NCBI RefSeq assembly: GCF_001194135.2
Contig: NC_068989.1
Location: 91,951,082-92,015,081, forward strand
Source of the DNA: Octopus bimaculoides
Taxonomy: Eukaryota
Length of the DNA stretch: 64,000 nucleotides
Reading direction: 5' to 3'
The translations under genes and the position numbers were made by a program. The notes under the pieces were generated by a model. The model saw only the letters and a program-made list of their open reading frames with translations, was not told the DNA's origin and searched no databases. Each line of letters begins with the position of its first letter. Within the stretch, counting starts at the first letter, position 1. This document shows positions 12,591-27,141 of this stretch, piece by piece.

Positions 12591-13959
12591 GTTGTTGTTC
12601 TTGTTACTGTTATTGTTTTAGTAGTTGTAGTTGATGTCGTCATCGTCCTCCTCTTCTTCTTCTTCCTCCTCCTCCTCCTCCTCCTCCTNNNNNNNNNNNN
12701 NNNNNNNNNNNNNNNNNNNNNNNNNNNNNNNNNNNNNNNNNNNNCGTGTGTTCTTTATATTTTGATCGCTTTAAATTTTGACTTCATTCCTCCTTTCAGA
12801 GTTTTGAATCGGTTGTTTTCTATTGTTTTTTTTATTGTTTTTGTTTTGTTTCTTGTTAATCTTTTTTTTTTTATCCGTAAACCTCTCGAGTCCCACTCTC
12901 ATGCGGTCATTCCTATCAGTGACCTTGGGATGAAGAAGAATCAAGCAATCGCACATAACAAAAAGAGAAACACATTTAAAATAATAAAACAACATTAAGA
13001 AAATGAATTATGTTGAAAGCGAAACTTGATAAAGAAGTAAAGGATCCGTGAAATATGTGAGTGAGTGGATCAGTGCAAAGCTGAAAGTGTTTTGAAGAAC
13101 TGAGGAAAAATTCAAGAAATACAACAATAAACGAAAACATAATCTTTTGATGAGTGCAAAGCTGGATTTGAATGGAAGCCGAACGACTAAAAGACAGAAT
13201 GAAAACATGAAGAGCAGAAAATTGAGAACGACGACTGTAACGGGTGGTGGTGGTGGTGGTAAGAGGTTGAGAAGTCTTAAATAAACGAAGGCGACGCCAA
13301 CGATTAAAGGAAGAACAAGGATAGTTGTTATAATAAAGTTAACGCTAAACCGAACGTTTACAAACATGAAGGGAAATAAAGAAAAGAAGGTAGTAAAGAA
13401 AATTAGCCAACAACTTAAAAAGCAGTAAATAAGGTTATGCCTAAATGATCCTCCGTCGGTTTTGACGGTGAGCATTCAGGTTTGCCTCACTTTTACATGA
13501 AATATAAACTGCTGAGTATCACATTGACATGTGTGCCTTTAATGTAATTTTCCTACAGATTCAGGATGATGCAATGAGAAACAAGACCGTACTTTTGAAT
13601 TACGAGCACAGTCTAACCAACGGGATTCCGCACAGTTTCCTTTTTCCGCGTGTTTTAATCTCACTCTCAAGGCTTAATTTGGGTCAGAGCCATGTTAAAT
13701 TCACTAGCCGAAGGTGGAAACTGTGAGTGCGAACCTAGTACATTTATGATTGCGCAGAGAATTTGGACAAATAACCATGCCTAAATTCAAACTTTACTAG
13801 CAATATAAATATCAATGCAGCTACTAGAAGAAATTTCCCAACTGTAGCTCCACCTTCTATGAATTGCAGGAAAATTCCACCCACTACTCAAAAAATAGAT
13901 AAATAAATCAAGAAATATTATGTCGGAAAATAAGACGGTGCAATAATCCTTTCTGCTGG

Positions 13960-14160
13960 AGGCACAAGGCCTCAAATTTGTAGGGAGGGGACTAGTCGAT
14001 TACATCGACCCCAGTACACAACTGGTACTTAATTTATCGAACCCGGACGGATGAAAGACAAAGTCGACCTTGATTGAATTTGAACTCAGAATGTAGTGAC
14101 GGGCGAAATACCGCTAAGCATTTTGTCTAGCGTGCTGACGATTCTGCCAGCTCGCCGCTT
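13960..14160 (-). mobile_element. SINE family C
   Basis: Reverse complement of the 9780-9995 element. Confidence 0.85.
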
Positions 14161-14426
14161 CAAGTCGGTGCAATAACGGTTTGTATGTCAGTGAGCATAA
14201 ATCAACCCAACATGGACTGATCTGGGGTTAAACATTAGCACCAATAAAAGTAAATCACTGGAAGTGATTTAATGATATACGCTTGGCTTGGCTTCGCTTG
14301 GTTGCGTGGTTAAAAAGACCTCTTTACAACCATGTAGATTCCGATTCAATTCCACTGTCCGACACCTTGGGCTAGACTGTTCTACGTATATATCCGATCA
14401 ATGCTTTGTGAGGCAATGTGATAAAG

Positions 14427-14481
<55 letters not shown>

Positions 14482-14483
14482 TG

Positions 14484-14516
<33 letters not shown>

Positions 14517-14987
14517 ATTTAATGATTACTTCAAAGCGTTGTGGCACTCTCACTCCCTCTGTCTAAACCTATTGGCGTCTCTCGTTAGTGTAAATTTTTA
14601 AAACTTTTACTTTTTGATTACTTATCCATCTTATTACCCCCAAAGAATTACTATTCTAATTCTAGTCATTTACTCAACGTCCCAAAGCGACACATAATCA
14701 AAATGGTATGATTAATTATATTAAGCATTTCATTTTCCTCTTTAGGCCCTTCATTTCTTCTCTTTTCTTTTCTTTTATGTATTTTTCTTCATTTTGATGA
14801 AGTTCCATGTTTCCAGATCGGATATATTACCAAATAAAATGAATATTATTCTTAAAATTTGCAATGGCAATACCATATAACATTGGAAGCAGAAACAGCT
14901 GTTAGATGGGATGCAGTCTATTTGTATTGAATTAAAAAATAATAATTGATCTAAGTCAATTGTTGTTGATCAACATTTCTCCACTTT

Positions 14988-15053
<66 letters not shown>

Positions 15054-15091
15054 GTATCCCCCTCTCTCTCTCTCACTCTCTCTGTATATAA

Positions 15092-15126
<35 letters not shown>

Positions 15127-15879
15127 GATAAATAGATAGATAGTTACATACACGCCCTCATACACGAATGCATATTTGTATGCGTTTATGTTTGTTCCTT
15201 CCACCTCTTGACGACCGGTGCTTGTCTACGTCCACATAACATAGCGGTCCAGTCTAAGAGATTAAAAATGCTCCGAGGCCATGCTAGCGCATGGCCGCAG
15301 CCCATGCTAGGAAATAAGTAAAACATGATCCACATCGTATACACAATTTCATTTAATCTTCCACTGACTTCATTCATCAAACTCTGAATTTTGGGGAGAC
15401 AAAACCCGAAGAGATTATCCTTGTTTCATTTATGATTGATCTTATCGATCCCTGTATTTATGCCTGTGTTCTACTTAATTTATCGATCGATATTTATCGA
15501 GTTGTTAAGTTATGTTTTCAACACGGGTTTTATACGCTATTATACGAAACCAATAAACACAGACACAATGATAGTCCTTAATTTGTAAACAATAGAGGAA
15601 TGAATAACGGAAAGCATAAACAAATCAATCGATTTAACCGTTTTGTTAATTTTTAATGGTTTTCACCTGGAGAAGCACGACTGGATGTTTGTGTCCCTGT
15701 CTTTGGCGTCACGCCAGCACCATTCACGGTATCGACACGGTTGGATTGCTGATGCAGTGTAGCTTGTTGTGATAATTGTTAGTGTTGCTTAGCTCCAAGT
15801 CAGTTTTGATTGATACAGGACACTGGTACAAATATTTCGGTTGTCATCATATCAGACAGAGCCGTTGCTATGTAGGCAC

Positions 15880-16345
15880 AGGCGCGGCTGTGTGGTAGGA
15901 CGTTTGCTTCCTAACTACATGGTTCCGGGTTCAGTCTCACTGTGAGACAGCTTGGACAAGTAGATTCTACTATAACCATAAGTCAACCAAATCCTTCTGA
16001 ATGGGTTTAGTAAAGGGAAACTGAAAAAAAAACCGTCGTATGAATATATACAAATATGTGTATGTGTGCATGTGTGTGTGTGTGAGCATGTGTGTGTTTG
16101 TATGTGTGCGTGTGTGTCCGTCCGTGTGTGTGTATGTGCATGTGCGTGTACGCGTGTTTGTTCGCCTCTATTGTTGGACAACCACTGTTCTGGTGTGTAT
16201 ATATGTTCCCGTAACTTAGTGGTTCAGAAAATGAGAGTTATAGAATAAGTACCAGGCTTTAAAAATATAGTACTGGGGTCGATTGTTCGACTAAAATTCC
16301 TCAAAGAGGTGCTCCAGCATGACCGCAGCCTAAATCACTGAAAGA
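15880..16345 (+). mobile_element. SINE family A
   Basis: Head, (TG)n centre and tail all match family A. Confidence 0.85.
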
Positions 16346-16521
16346 GGTTAGAGATTAGTCCTATTTCATATTCTGCAGCTGAAATTAGATTTTCTTATGT
16401 GTTCAGCAAACGCTGAACGCTCATACTTCGTCTTCGACGGAAGAGTACGTGTGTGTGTGTGTGTGTGTGTACATATATATGTATGTATACGTATATGTGT
16501 ATATATGTATGTGTGTGCCTC

Positions 16522-16556
<35 letters not shown>

Positions 16557-16604
16557 CTGTTTGTGTCTGTGTGTGTTTGTGTGTGTGTGTGTATGTATGT
16601 GTAT

Positions 16605-16770
16605 AGGTTTCCATTTTTTCTCTCCTTGTTTCTTTCTGTGTTCCTTTCTGTGGAAGAGCGTAGGCTCGAAACGTTAAAGACTTTTTCACTTCCCGAGCGT
16701 TAAACTAATACATCTGTTTGTTGTCTACACCACTTGTCTTCGTCTTTTTTTTTGTAAATTCTCCCTATAT
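16605..16770 (+). mobile_element. Penelope-type short repeat family H1 with the best-preserved hammerhead-like motif
   Basis: CTTT-CTGTGGA-A-GAGC gtag GCTC-GAAA-CGT-T-AAAG at 16644-16679; ends ttctccc(TA)n. Confidence 0.8.
16644..16679 (+). ncRNA. Minimal type-I hammerhead ribozyme-like motif, variant core CUGUGGA
   Basis: Stem I CUUU/AAAG, stem II GAGC/GCUC, GAAA, ACGU palindrome in place of stem III; architecture of Penelope-associated minimal hammerheads, except U at core position 6. Confidence 0.55.
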
Positions 16771-17049
16771 ATATTTGTTTTTTTCACAGATTTTTTCACG
16801 GTAATTTTCAATTGGCCGGATAACTGAAGAGATGTTGGCGTGGTCCCCCCCCCCCGGCATCCGAAACTCTGAGTTTTNNNNNNNNNNNNNNNNNNNNNNN
16901 NNNNNNNNNNNNNNNNNNNNNNNNNNNNNNNNNNNNNNNNNNNNNNNNNNNNNNNNNNNNNNNNNNNNNNNNNNNNNNNNNNNNNNNNNNNNNNNNNNNN
17001 NNNNNNNNNNNNNNNNNNNNNNNNNNNTATATATATATATATACATACA

Positions 17050-17082
<33 letters not shown>

Positions 17083-18218
17083 GTGTATGCGTGTGCCATC
17101 GTAATCTAGCGGTTCTAGTAAAGAGATCGATAGTTCAGGTACTATAAAATAAATACTGGGGTCGCATTTTTTGACTGAACCCTTTAATGGTGCAGTATAA
17201 TAACAGACCAATGATGGAATCAAATGAAAAGTATTGAGAAAAGCAATATATCTTAGCTTTTTGAAACGAAATGATATAATATACCTTGGGAGGCGCCACG
17301 ACTGGATTTCTTTTAATCTAGATCAAATGCCGTCGATACCAGCCAACATCAACAACGGTATCAAAAAACAACAGTCTCTCGTGCCTAAAGCTCTTCCTAT
17401 ACCAAAACATGTGAGACAAGCACTACTACAGAAGCATTCTCTAACTCGGGACGACAACGGATTTTATAGGCCACTGCTTAATCTACTGAAAATAACAGCC
17501 AAAATCACTCTTCAAAATAAGATTTAAGCATCTTCAAAAACTGAAAATAGAAGATACATTGGGAAATCTTGTTTGAAATAAAACGTCTGAAGAAAATATT
17601 GTAATAGCAGTCATGTTCAGAATTCTTTTGATCAAAGGTCTGTCGATCAAAGCTGACCTGCAGCTAAACAACAACACCAATGACAACTACAACAAACACC
17701 AAAGGTACCTCACAGTATTATTGGTCTTCTAATGTCCCCCACCCCACAAGTCTCGTTCGTTCCTTTCTTTATTTTATTGTTTCTTTCTTCATTTGCATTC
17801 GTCCTCGTCCCCTACCCCGTACCGAATTTATTCTGGTTGTAATTTCTGTCTAATCCTTTCTTCTTCACTTCCTTCCTATCGTTCTTTTCTTCCTTCTTCC
17901 TTTTTACTCCTTCTTTAAAATTTCTTCCCTCTTTTCTTCACTTTCTTCTTCAATTGATTGATTAATTGATTAATAACAACACGTTGTCTTCCTTTTCTTC
18001 TCGCTTCATTTTGCTGTTGTTGTTGTTGTTGTTCTTGAAGAAGAAGTCAAGCAAGATGAAAGATCATACGTATGCATCCACACGACAACACACAAACGCG
18101 TACGCATGCACAGACGCACACACAAGCACACACGCAATCACATTGTGTATGTGTATATGTGTGTGTTTATTCACATATTTTTAACACTGTCATCCATATA
18201 TGTATTCTTGTATGTATG

Positions 18219-18251
<33 letters not shown>

Positions 18252-18274
18252 GTATATATATATATATATATATG

Positions 18275-18317
<43 letters not shown>

Positions 18318-18691
18318 NNNNNNNNNNNNNNNNNNNNNNNNNNNNNNNNNNNNNNNNNNNNNNNNNNNNNNNNNNNNNNNNNNNNNNNNNNNNNNNNNNN
18401 NNNNNNNNNNNNNNNNNNNNNNNNNNNNNNNNNNNNNNNNNNNNNNNNNNNNNNNNNNNNNNNNNNNNNNNNNNNNNNNNNNNNNNNNNNNNNNNNNNNN
18501 NNNNNNNNNNNNNNNNNNNNNNNNNNNNNNNNNNNNNNNNNNNNNNNNNNNNNNNNNNNNNNNNNNNNNNNNNNNNNNNNNNNNNNNNNNNNNNNNNNNN
18601 NNNNNNNNNNNNNNNNNNNNNNNNNNNNNNNNNNNNNNNNNNNNNNNNNNNNNNNNNNNNNNNNNNNNNNNNNNNNNNNNNNNNNNNNNNN

Positions 18692-18724
<33 letters not shown>

Positions 18725-20360
18725 CGTATAGGTGTGCGTATGCTGCATTGTATGTGTACCAACAAATATGGATGAGAGTGGGGGGTAGAAATTTGTGGAA
18801 TAGAAGTAATTCAGGATTACAGTTATATTGAAAATATGTCGACCGTTGAGATTCATCGAAATTCACTTCTTAAAGCAAAAATTTGATCGTTTGACAGGGA
18901 AGAGAATACATGATCATCTCCCTTTGTTTAATATTTATTTCTTTATATTTTTGAAGCACCAGCGCTGACATGATTAAATGGATTTTGTATAATGTTACAA
19001 TGATTAAAAGCAGTTCAAAGCGACAACGCTGACAGGCAAATCATCTCCATTGCAAACGGTTTCCAATATCCAACTAAAATATTAAGCACTGCTCTTCAAA
19101 ATGCCTAAATAGCGAAATTTTCATTTATAAAAACTCAATTATCAATGGCAGCCCGCTTTCATGTTATGTACTTTTTCCGTTACAATGAATTTCATTCATA
19201 AAAACTTAAATGTTACTGGTCCGTCCTCGCATTGTGTAATCCTTCCGCCATTTTTGTCATTATGAAGCGGTTATATTAGACATTCTAAATCTGAGTTTAA
19301 TTGTACCATTTAAGACACGTTACATTTTCGTTGTCTATGTCGGTGCGTGGACATTCTATGCCATTCCTAACCCCCACACAATTTGTTTGAGAAATTACTT
19401 TGATTTCTAAATCATATTAATATCCTCTCAGGGTTAGGAAATCTATCACATCTGAAAAGACGAACGATTATGGATTAAATATCATATATTCTCTCACAGG
19501 ATTATGTTTTAGTTGCACGTTTTAAGTGACTGGACACTTTTTTTTAGCTTCTTCTGATGGGGATCCAATGAAATATATATATATATATATATACAAGAAA
19601 TGAGGGCAGGGAATCGTCAATTAATAATAGAATTAACAATTAACAATTTTGCCAAGTAGTTCAGTATGAAATAAACCTTTATCGGTAAGACCATTTATCA
19701 TCATAAATATAAGGGATTAGCAATTGAGTTGCTTCTCCAACATACTGAAAATTCAGAAACAGCAGTCAAAGAACTACTGATTCTAAACTACAAATTTTTC
19801 TCTAAAATGGATGGNNNNNNNNNNNNNNNNNNNNNNNNNNNNNNNNNNNNNNNNNNNNNNNNNNNNNNNNNNNNNNNNNNNNNNNNNNNNNNNNNNNNNN
19901 NNNNNNNNNNNNNNNNNNNNNNNNNNNNNNNNNNNNNNNNNNNNNNNNNNNNNNNNNNNNNNNNNNNNNNNNNNNNNNNNNNNNNNNNNNNNNNNNNNNN
20001 NNNNNNNNNNNNNNNNNNNNNNNNNNNNNNNNNNNNNNNNNNNNNNNNNNNNNNNNNNNNNNNNNNNNNNNNNNNNNNNNNNNNNNNNNNNNNNNNNNNN
20101 NNNNNNNNNNNNNNNNNNNNNNNNNNNNNNNNNNNNNNNNNNNNNNNNNNNNNNNNNNNNNNNNNNNNNNNNNNNNNNNNNNNNNNNNNNNNNNNNNNNN
20201 NNNNNNNNNNNNNNNNNNNNNNNNNNNNNNNNNNNNNNNNNNNNNNNNNNNNNNNNNNNNNNNNNNNNNNNNNNNNNNNNNNNNNNNNNNNNNNNNNNNN
20301 NNNNNNNNNNNNNNNNNNNNNNNNNNNNNNNNNNNNNNNNNNNNNNNNNNNNNNNNNNNN

Positions 20361-20399
<39 letters not shown>

Positions 20400-20403
<4 letters not shown>

Positions 20404-21330
20404 TGTAACTGAGTGTTGAAACAATGAATCGCTCAAACGTGGATGTGATATATCGCTATTGTTCATGATATTGTTGATCAAGGGGTGATAATTCACAAGC
20501 TAGGGATACTCGGCGAGTACTTGCATGACTTTTTAAAAGACAGAAGCCAAACTGTGGCAGCCAATGGAGCCCTCTCCAAGGAGACAGTAATAGCAAGTGG
20601 AGTGCGTCGGTGAACTGTATAGGGGCCTCTATGGTTCATGGTGACTCTTTCAGATATGCCATCAGTTACACAGGCACCTACACGTACTAGCTATGCTGAC
20701 GACACAAAACTAGCACCAGCAATCAGGAAAACTTCTGATGTCAATCTTCTACAGAAAGACCTAGATACCATATATGAATGCGCAGCAGAAAATAACATGC
20801 AATTTAAAAAAGGTAAAGTCCAAACCCTCTACTATCGGCTAATTGGTGCTCACAAGCCGCCACAACGATAATTTGGGCCAAAAATACCAGCAAACTCAGA
20901 GTCACATACAGTGCGTGATCTGGGGATTGGTATGAGCAACGGTACCTCGTTAAACGCACATATCACCAAGGTGGTGGCCATGTGCAGGCGACGGGCGATG
21001 GATTTTGACAACCTTCAGAAGAAGGGACGGGGAAACTATACTGGTTCTATGGGGGACATTTGTTCTCAACTGTCTAGACTACTGCTGTCAAGTGTTGTCA
21101 GTGTACAGTGCCTAATTAATAGCAGAACTTGAGATTCAAGGGCTCACAACTATTTAACGCCTTGCCAAAACACCTGAGGGATCTTCATGGAATAGGGTAG
21201 ATATTTTCAAGAAACTTGACACCTTGCTATCCAAGATCCCAGTTGAAACAATATCAAGGCTGGAAACTCAAGAGAGAGAGCAGCAGTGTCGAACTCCCTC
21301 TTCACCAAAAGCCAATCACATTAGAGTAGC
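20400..21330 (+). pseudogene. Decayed CR1/L2 (jockey-group) LINE RT and C-terminus
   Basis: NVDVIY..., DQGVIIHKL, GEYLHDFLKDRSQTVAANG, SYADDTK (YADD at ~20692), ENNMQF, FKGSQLFNALPKHLRDLHG. Confidence 0.9.
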
Positions 21331-22460
21331 CACTGAAAAGATGATTACACTGGCGGTGCTCCACTGTTTCTGTCGCTAATTATTATTCGCGACACCTTTA
21401 CTTGAAATTCTATGTATGTCATTGGCGGAAATATCGCTCTTAATCTCATCGGCCGAATGTCCACTATCGCCAACGCCAGGGAATGCAGAAAACACGTGAT
21501 CTGGCCGACTCGGTGCTTATATGCACCAAAAGGCTCATTTGCGAGATTGTTTCATGGTAACAGTGGCAGCATTCTGTTGTAGCACAACATCAATCGTTTA
21601 TATATATACTCCAACACAAAATTTCTGTGCATCTTCCTTCTTTTTATATATTATATTTCACATTAGAATTTACCACGTCCGAAAAATAATTTTATCGAAC
21701 CTTTCTATTATGTATGTGTGATGTGTGTGTGTGTGTGTGTGTGTGTATGAGCAAAAACATTCAAATGTTTACATTCGAAATAAAATATTACTACGGTTAA
21801 TATCATCTGTGGTGAGTATGTTTAATTGATAATATTACCAGCAGTAACATAGGCGGTTCACAGGTTTAATAGCGTTATAGGTTATAAAATATAAAAATTA
21901 GCACGAAGGCATTAGGATGCAGAAAACATCAGCCTATTTAGAAATGAGAGTTAAAGTCTCAATTCAACCACTGGCAGGCACCAAAATTATAGAAAATAAC
22001 AGTACCTGAGGATCTCATTTCTGCATCCTAACGCATTCGTGGTAATTCATATATATATGTATGTATATATNNNNNNNNNNNNNNNNNNNNNNNNNNNNNN
22101 NNNNNNNNNNNNNNNNNNNNNNNNNNNNNNNNNNNNNNNNNNNNNNNNNNNNNNNNNNNNNNNNNNNNNNNNNNNNNNNNNNNNNNNNNNNNNNNNNNNN
22201 NNNNNNNNNNNNNNNNNNNNNNNNNNNNNNNNNNNNNNNNNNNNNNNNNNNNNNNNNNNNNNNNNNNNNNNNNNNNNNNNNNNNNNNNNNNNNNNNNNNN
22301 NNNNNNNNNNNNNNNNNNNNNNNNNNNNNNNNNNNNNNNNNNNNNNNNNNNGGGTAGGAGAGGTGCAGCCGGAGGGTATAAAGTTCAGAATCAAACAGTC
22401 CAGATCCAGAAGGAAAGAAGGTAGAATCCAAAAGTTGGTAGTGTGTGATGAGAGGAGACA

Positions 22461-22496
<36 letters not shown>

Positions 22497-22498
<2 letters not shown>

Positions 22499-22914
22499 TC
22501 TTTACTCTCTTTTACTCTTTTACTTGTTTCAGTCATTGACTGTGGCCATGCTGGAGCACCGCCTTTAGTCGAACAAATCGACCCCAGGACTTATTCTTTG
22601 TAAGCCTAGTGCTTATTCTATCGGTCGCTTTTACCGACCGCTAATTTACGAGGGCCTAAACACAACAGCATCGGTTGTCAAGTGCTGTTTGGGGGACAAA
22701 CACAGACACACAAACATACACACGCACATACATATATATACACCTATATACGATGGGCTTGTCTCAGTTTCCGTCTACTAAATCCACTCACAAAGCTCTG
22801 GTCGGTCCGAGGCTACAGTAGAAGACACTTGCCCAAGGTGCCACGCAGAGGGGCTGAATGTGGAACTATGTGGTTCGTAAGCAAGCTACTTACCACATAG
22901 CCACTCCTACGCCT
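22497..22914 (-). mobile_element. SINE family A (full length, aagagtaa tail)
   Basis: Complete head-to-tail match; tail repeat tttactctc. Confidence 0.9.
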
Positions 22915-24362
22915 ACATATGTATATGTATATATATATATATATATNNNNNNNNNNNNNNNNNNNNNNNNNNNNNNNNNNNNNNNNNNNNNNNNNNNNNN
23001 NNNNNNNNNNNNNNNNNNNNNNNNNNNNNNNNNNNNNNNNNNNNNNNNNNNNNNNNNNNNNNNNNNNNNNNNNNNNNNNNNNNNNNNNNNNNNNNNNNNN
23101 NNNNNNNNNNNNNNNNNNNNNNNNNNNNNNNNNNNNNNNNNNNNNNNNNNNNNNNNNNNNNNNNNNNNNNNNNNNNNNNNNNNNNNNNNNNNNNNNNNNN
23201 NNNNNNNNNNNNNNNNNNNNNNNNNNNNNNNNNNNNNNNNNNNNNNNNNNNNNNNNNNNNNNNNNNNNNNNNNNNNNNNNNNNNNNNNNNNNNNNNNNNN
23301 NNNNNNNNNNNNNNNNNNNNNNNNNNNNNNNNNNNNNNNNNNNNNNNNNNNNNNNNNNNNNNNNNNNNNNNNNNNNNNNNNNNNNNNNNNNNNNNNNNNN
23401 NNNNNNNNNNNNNNNNNNNNNNNNNNNNNNNNNNNNNNNNNNNNNNNNNNNNNNNNNNNNNNNNNNNNNNNNNNNNNNNNNNNNNNNNNNNNNNNNNNNN
23501 NNNNNNNNNNNNNNNNNNNNNNNNNNNNNNNNNNNNNNNNNNNNNNNNNNNNNNNNNNNNNNNNNNNNNNNNNNNNNNNNNNNNNNNNNNNNNNNNNNNN
23601 NNNNNNNNNNNNNNNNNNNNNNNNNNNNNNNNNNNNNNNNNNNNNNNNNNNNNNNNNNNNNNNNNNNNNNNNNNNNNNNNNNNNNNNNNNNNNNNNNNNN
23701 NNNNNNNNNNNNNNTATATATATATATATATATGCGAGAGAATGCTGAAAACCTCCTGGTTTGGGGTAAAAGAAAATACAGAGTACATGATAGCTATGAT
23801 TTTATTCAGCATGTTCCCCTCTCAGAATCACACACTTATTGCAGTTGTCCTTCAGTTTTTCCAAGCCCTTTAAAAGACTTCGGAATGTTGGGCCTTCAAC
23901 TGGGCCTTTCGTGATGCTTTTAAAGCCAGTAGCTTTTCAGTACACCTTCCTAGGTCTACATATATCGATAATCACAATGAAGATATTTAAACGTCTTATA
24001 GGGATATTCATCCAAGATACACCGGTTTAATATATTATTTTTTGAAGAGATATTTCTTCAATTAATATATTATATGAAATATCGTAACATATCAGGCATT
24101 ATTATCGAGTTAGAAAACAGAGAGATCTAATGGATACAAATTAATGAATTAATTAATCAACATATTCAGCTACAATTGTTTCATTTCGCATAGAAAATTA
24201 AAATTACAAAGTATACGTAAACATATAGCTTGGCATTTTAAATACCTTGTAAAGGAAACCATCAGGTTGTAGAAAGGAAAATACAAGGATTACATTAGGA
24301 TGCCTTTGGAGTACTCAAAATGTATACATACACACACACACACACACACGCACACATATATG

Positions 24363-24417
<55 letters not shown>

Positions 24418-24789
24418 CACATCTTGAACGAGTGCTCGCACCGCATTAATGGACGAATATTCTTTATTCGTGGGATAACTAAACTACAAGTGTCATATTG
24501 CGAGAATGTCTTTATCCAAGATGAAATGGAGAACTTATAGATGGACTGGAGTGGGGCTGACATTCGTTATACAATATTTAATTGGATGGATATTTGATTT
24601 ATTGAAGAACAACAAATTCAAACGCGTTGAACATTCCTAAATAGTCAATGAGAATATCTTGCACTATAATAGGCAATTATTGTCGAATGGATATTTGAAA
24701 TATAATTCTTCGTGTAGGCTGTTTGTTATTCGGACAACTCTATTCACAGACATAGTTGTAAGGTTAATCAAGTTCCCTGTCCAAACTCG

Positions 24790-25185
24790 TGGTTGCGCTT
24801 TCACTCCCGCTCTTCAGGTGTGTGTCTTCTAAAGTCGCCACGCACCGACCAATACGTTGTCAGTGATTTTGGTAAAGGGAAACTATGTGAAAAACCGTAA
24901 CTTCATCGTGCACACACACAAACACAAACATATACATATACATCCTCCACATATATATGTATATATATGATGTATATATTGTGTTCAAATTTGCCCCACC
25001 ACCGACACTTGACGCCAATTGCTTTTGTTTGCGTCCCCTTAACGTAGCCGTTAGGTAAAAGAAAAAAAAGCCGACAGAATATTTACAAGACATAAAAATA
25101 AGTCCTGAGATCGATTTGTTCGACTAGACGCTTGAAGCCAGCGCCTCAGCACCGACACGACTTAATGACTGAAACAAGGAAAGCT
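24790..25185 (+). mobile_element. Diverged SINE family A
   Basis: Recognisable head remnant, central tract and aagtcctgagatcgatttgttcgacta tail. Confidence 0.65.
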
Positions 25186-25689
25186 ATGGATACAAAAAAA
25201 AAAAAGAACAAAGATAGACGTAACTATTTTAATAGGAACAACACAAATAGTCACAGGTACAATGTTAATACGATATCTTTCTTAATGTTAATACGTTAAC
25301 CAATCAATAAATCAATTAGTTAATCCATATATTGGTCGATGCAAACATTTAAAGAGACAACAGCAAATTTGAACAAAGGGTTAAAAAAATGTAAGATTAT
25401 GTGTACATAATTTAGGAGACATACATTTTTCAATATTGTTTCAAAAACAATGGTGATTGTATTAAAATATATCGCTTCATAAAAGTTATGATATAGATAT
25501 TATAAACGTCAATTTATCTAAAACACAACAAGATAATTAAATAATAATACCATTAATATCAGTAGTACAAGTAATAAAAATAATAATAACTGCAACAAGA
25601 AAGTAATAACGATATTAGTGCGTTTAATAATAACAACGAATACAGCAGCGGTGGTAGGAGACACAGTAGTAGTGGTGGTGGTGGTAGTA

Positions 25690-25698
25690 GTAGTAGTG

Positions 25699-25752
<54 letters not shown>

Positions 25753-25829
25753 ACACAAATAATAATAAAAACATCAATATGTACAAAAACATAATTAAAA
25801 TGATGATGATGAGGATGATGATGTTGATA

Positions 25830-25867
<38 letters not shown>

Positions 25868-25870
25868 AAA
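25690..25870. repeat. (GTA)n and (GAT)n microsatellites
   Basis: Direct reading. Confidence 0.9.
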
Positions 25871-27032
25871 AATAGCTAAATAAATAAAGAAGAGGAGCAA
25901 CATTATCGTGTACAAGGCGTTATCAGTTTATTATTTTATTAGGAATGTAGTATGTACAATCATAGCATTCTTTTCTCTTTTACTCTTTCTCGAAGTGAAG
26001 GAAGGTTGTATTTAATTTCATGAGTTCGAGGTATTTGGTGTGTAACTTAACAATGAAAGCTTATAATAAAGTTCCTGTGTTTGTGATAATGGAGTTACCT
26101 TGCTTACAAATGGTCGACACTAATAGAGATGAACTGTATCAGCGAAAATATATCATTATGTACTTATTACCATACAAGACGTACGCACACCCATATATAT
26201 ATGTGTGCGTGTATGAGAGAGAGTGAGTATATATATATATATANNNNNNNNNNNNNNNNNNNNNNNNNNNNNNNNNNNNNNNNNNNNNNNNNNNNNNNNN
26301 NNNNNNNNNNNNNNNNNNNNNNNNNNNNNNNNNNNNNNNNNNNNNNNNNNNNNNNNNNNNNNNNNNNNNNNNNNNNNNNNNNNNNNNNNNNNNNNNNNNN
26401 NNNNNNNNNNNNNNNNNNNNNNNNNNNNNNNNNNNNNNNNNNNNNNNNNNNNNNNNNNNNNNNNNNNNNNNNNNNNNNNNNNNNNNNNNNNNNNNNNNNN
26501 NNNNNNNNNNNNNNNNNNNNNNNNNNNNNNNNNNNNNNNNNNNNNNNNNNNNNNNNNNNNNNNNNNNNNNNNNNNNNNNNNNNNNNNNNNNNNNNNNNNN
26601 NNNNNNNNNNNNNNNNNNNNNNNNNNNNNNNNNNNNNNNNNNNNNNNNNNNNNNNNNNNNNNNNNNNNNNNNNNNNNNNNNNNNNNNNNNNNNNNNNNNN
26701 NNNNNNNNNNNNNNNNNNNNNNNNNNNNNNNNNNNNNNNNNNNNNNNNNNNNNNNNNNNNNNNNNNNNNNNNNNNNNNNNNNNNNNNNNNNNNNNNNNNN
26801 NNNNNNNNNNNNNNNNNNNNNNNNNNNNNNNNNNNNNNNNNNNNNNNNNNNNNNNNNNNNNNNNNNNNNNNNNNNNNNNNNNNNNNNNNNNNNNNNNNNN
26901 NNNNNNNNNNNNNNNNNNNNNNNNNNNNNNNNNNNNNNNNNNNNNNNNNNNNNNNNNNNNNNNNNNNNNNNNNNNNNNNNNNNNNNNNNNNNNNNNNNNN
27001 NNNNNNNNNNNNNNNNNNNTATATAGAAAAAT

Positions 27033-27072
<40 letters not shown>

Positions 27073-27103
27073 GAGAGAGAGAGAGAGAGAGAGAGAGACA
27101 TCC

Positions 27104-27141
<38 letters not shown>

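Noticed and set aside
13008-13475. 155-aa hydrophobic minus-strand ORF as a membrane protein
   Set aside because: It is the antisense of purine-rich low-complexity DNA; hydrophobicity follows from T-richness.
17234-17527. 97-aa plus-strand ORF (MPSIPANINNG...)
   Set aside because: No recognisable domain and no good donor site; unsupported without expression data.
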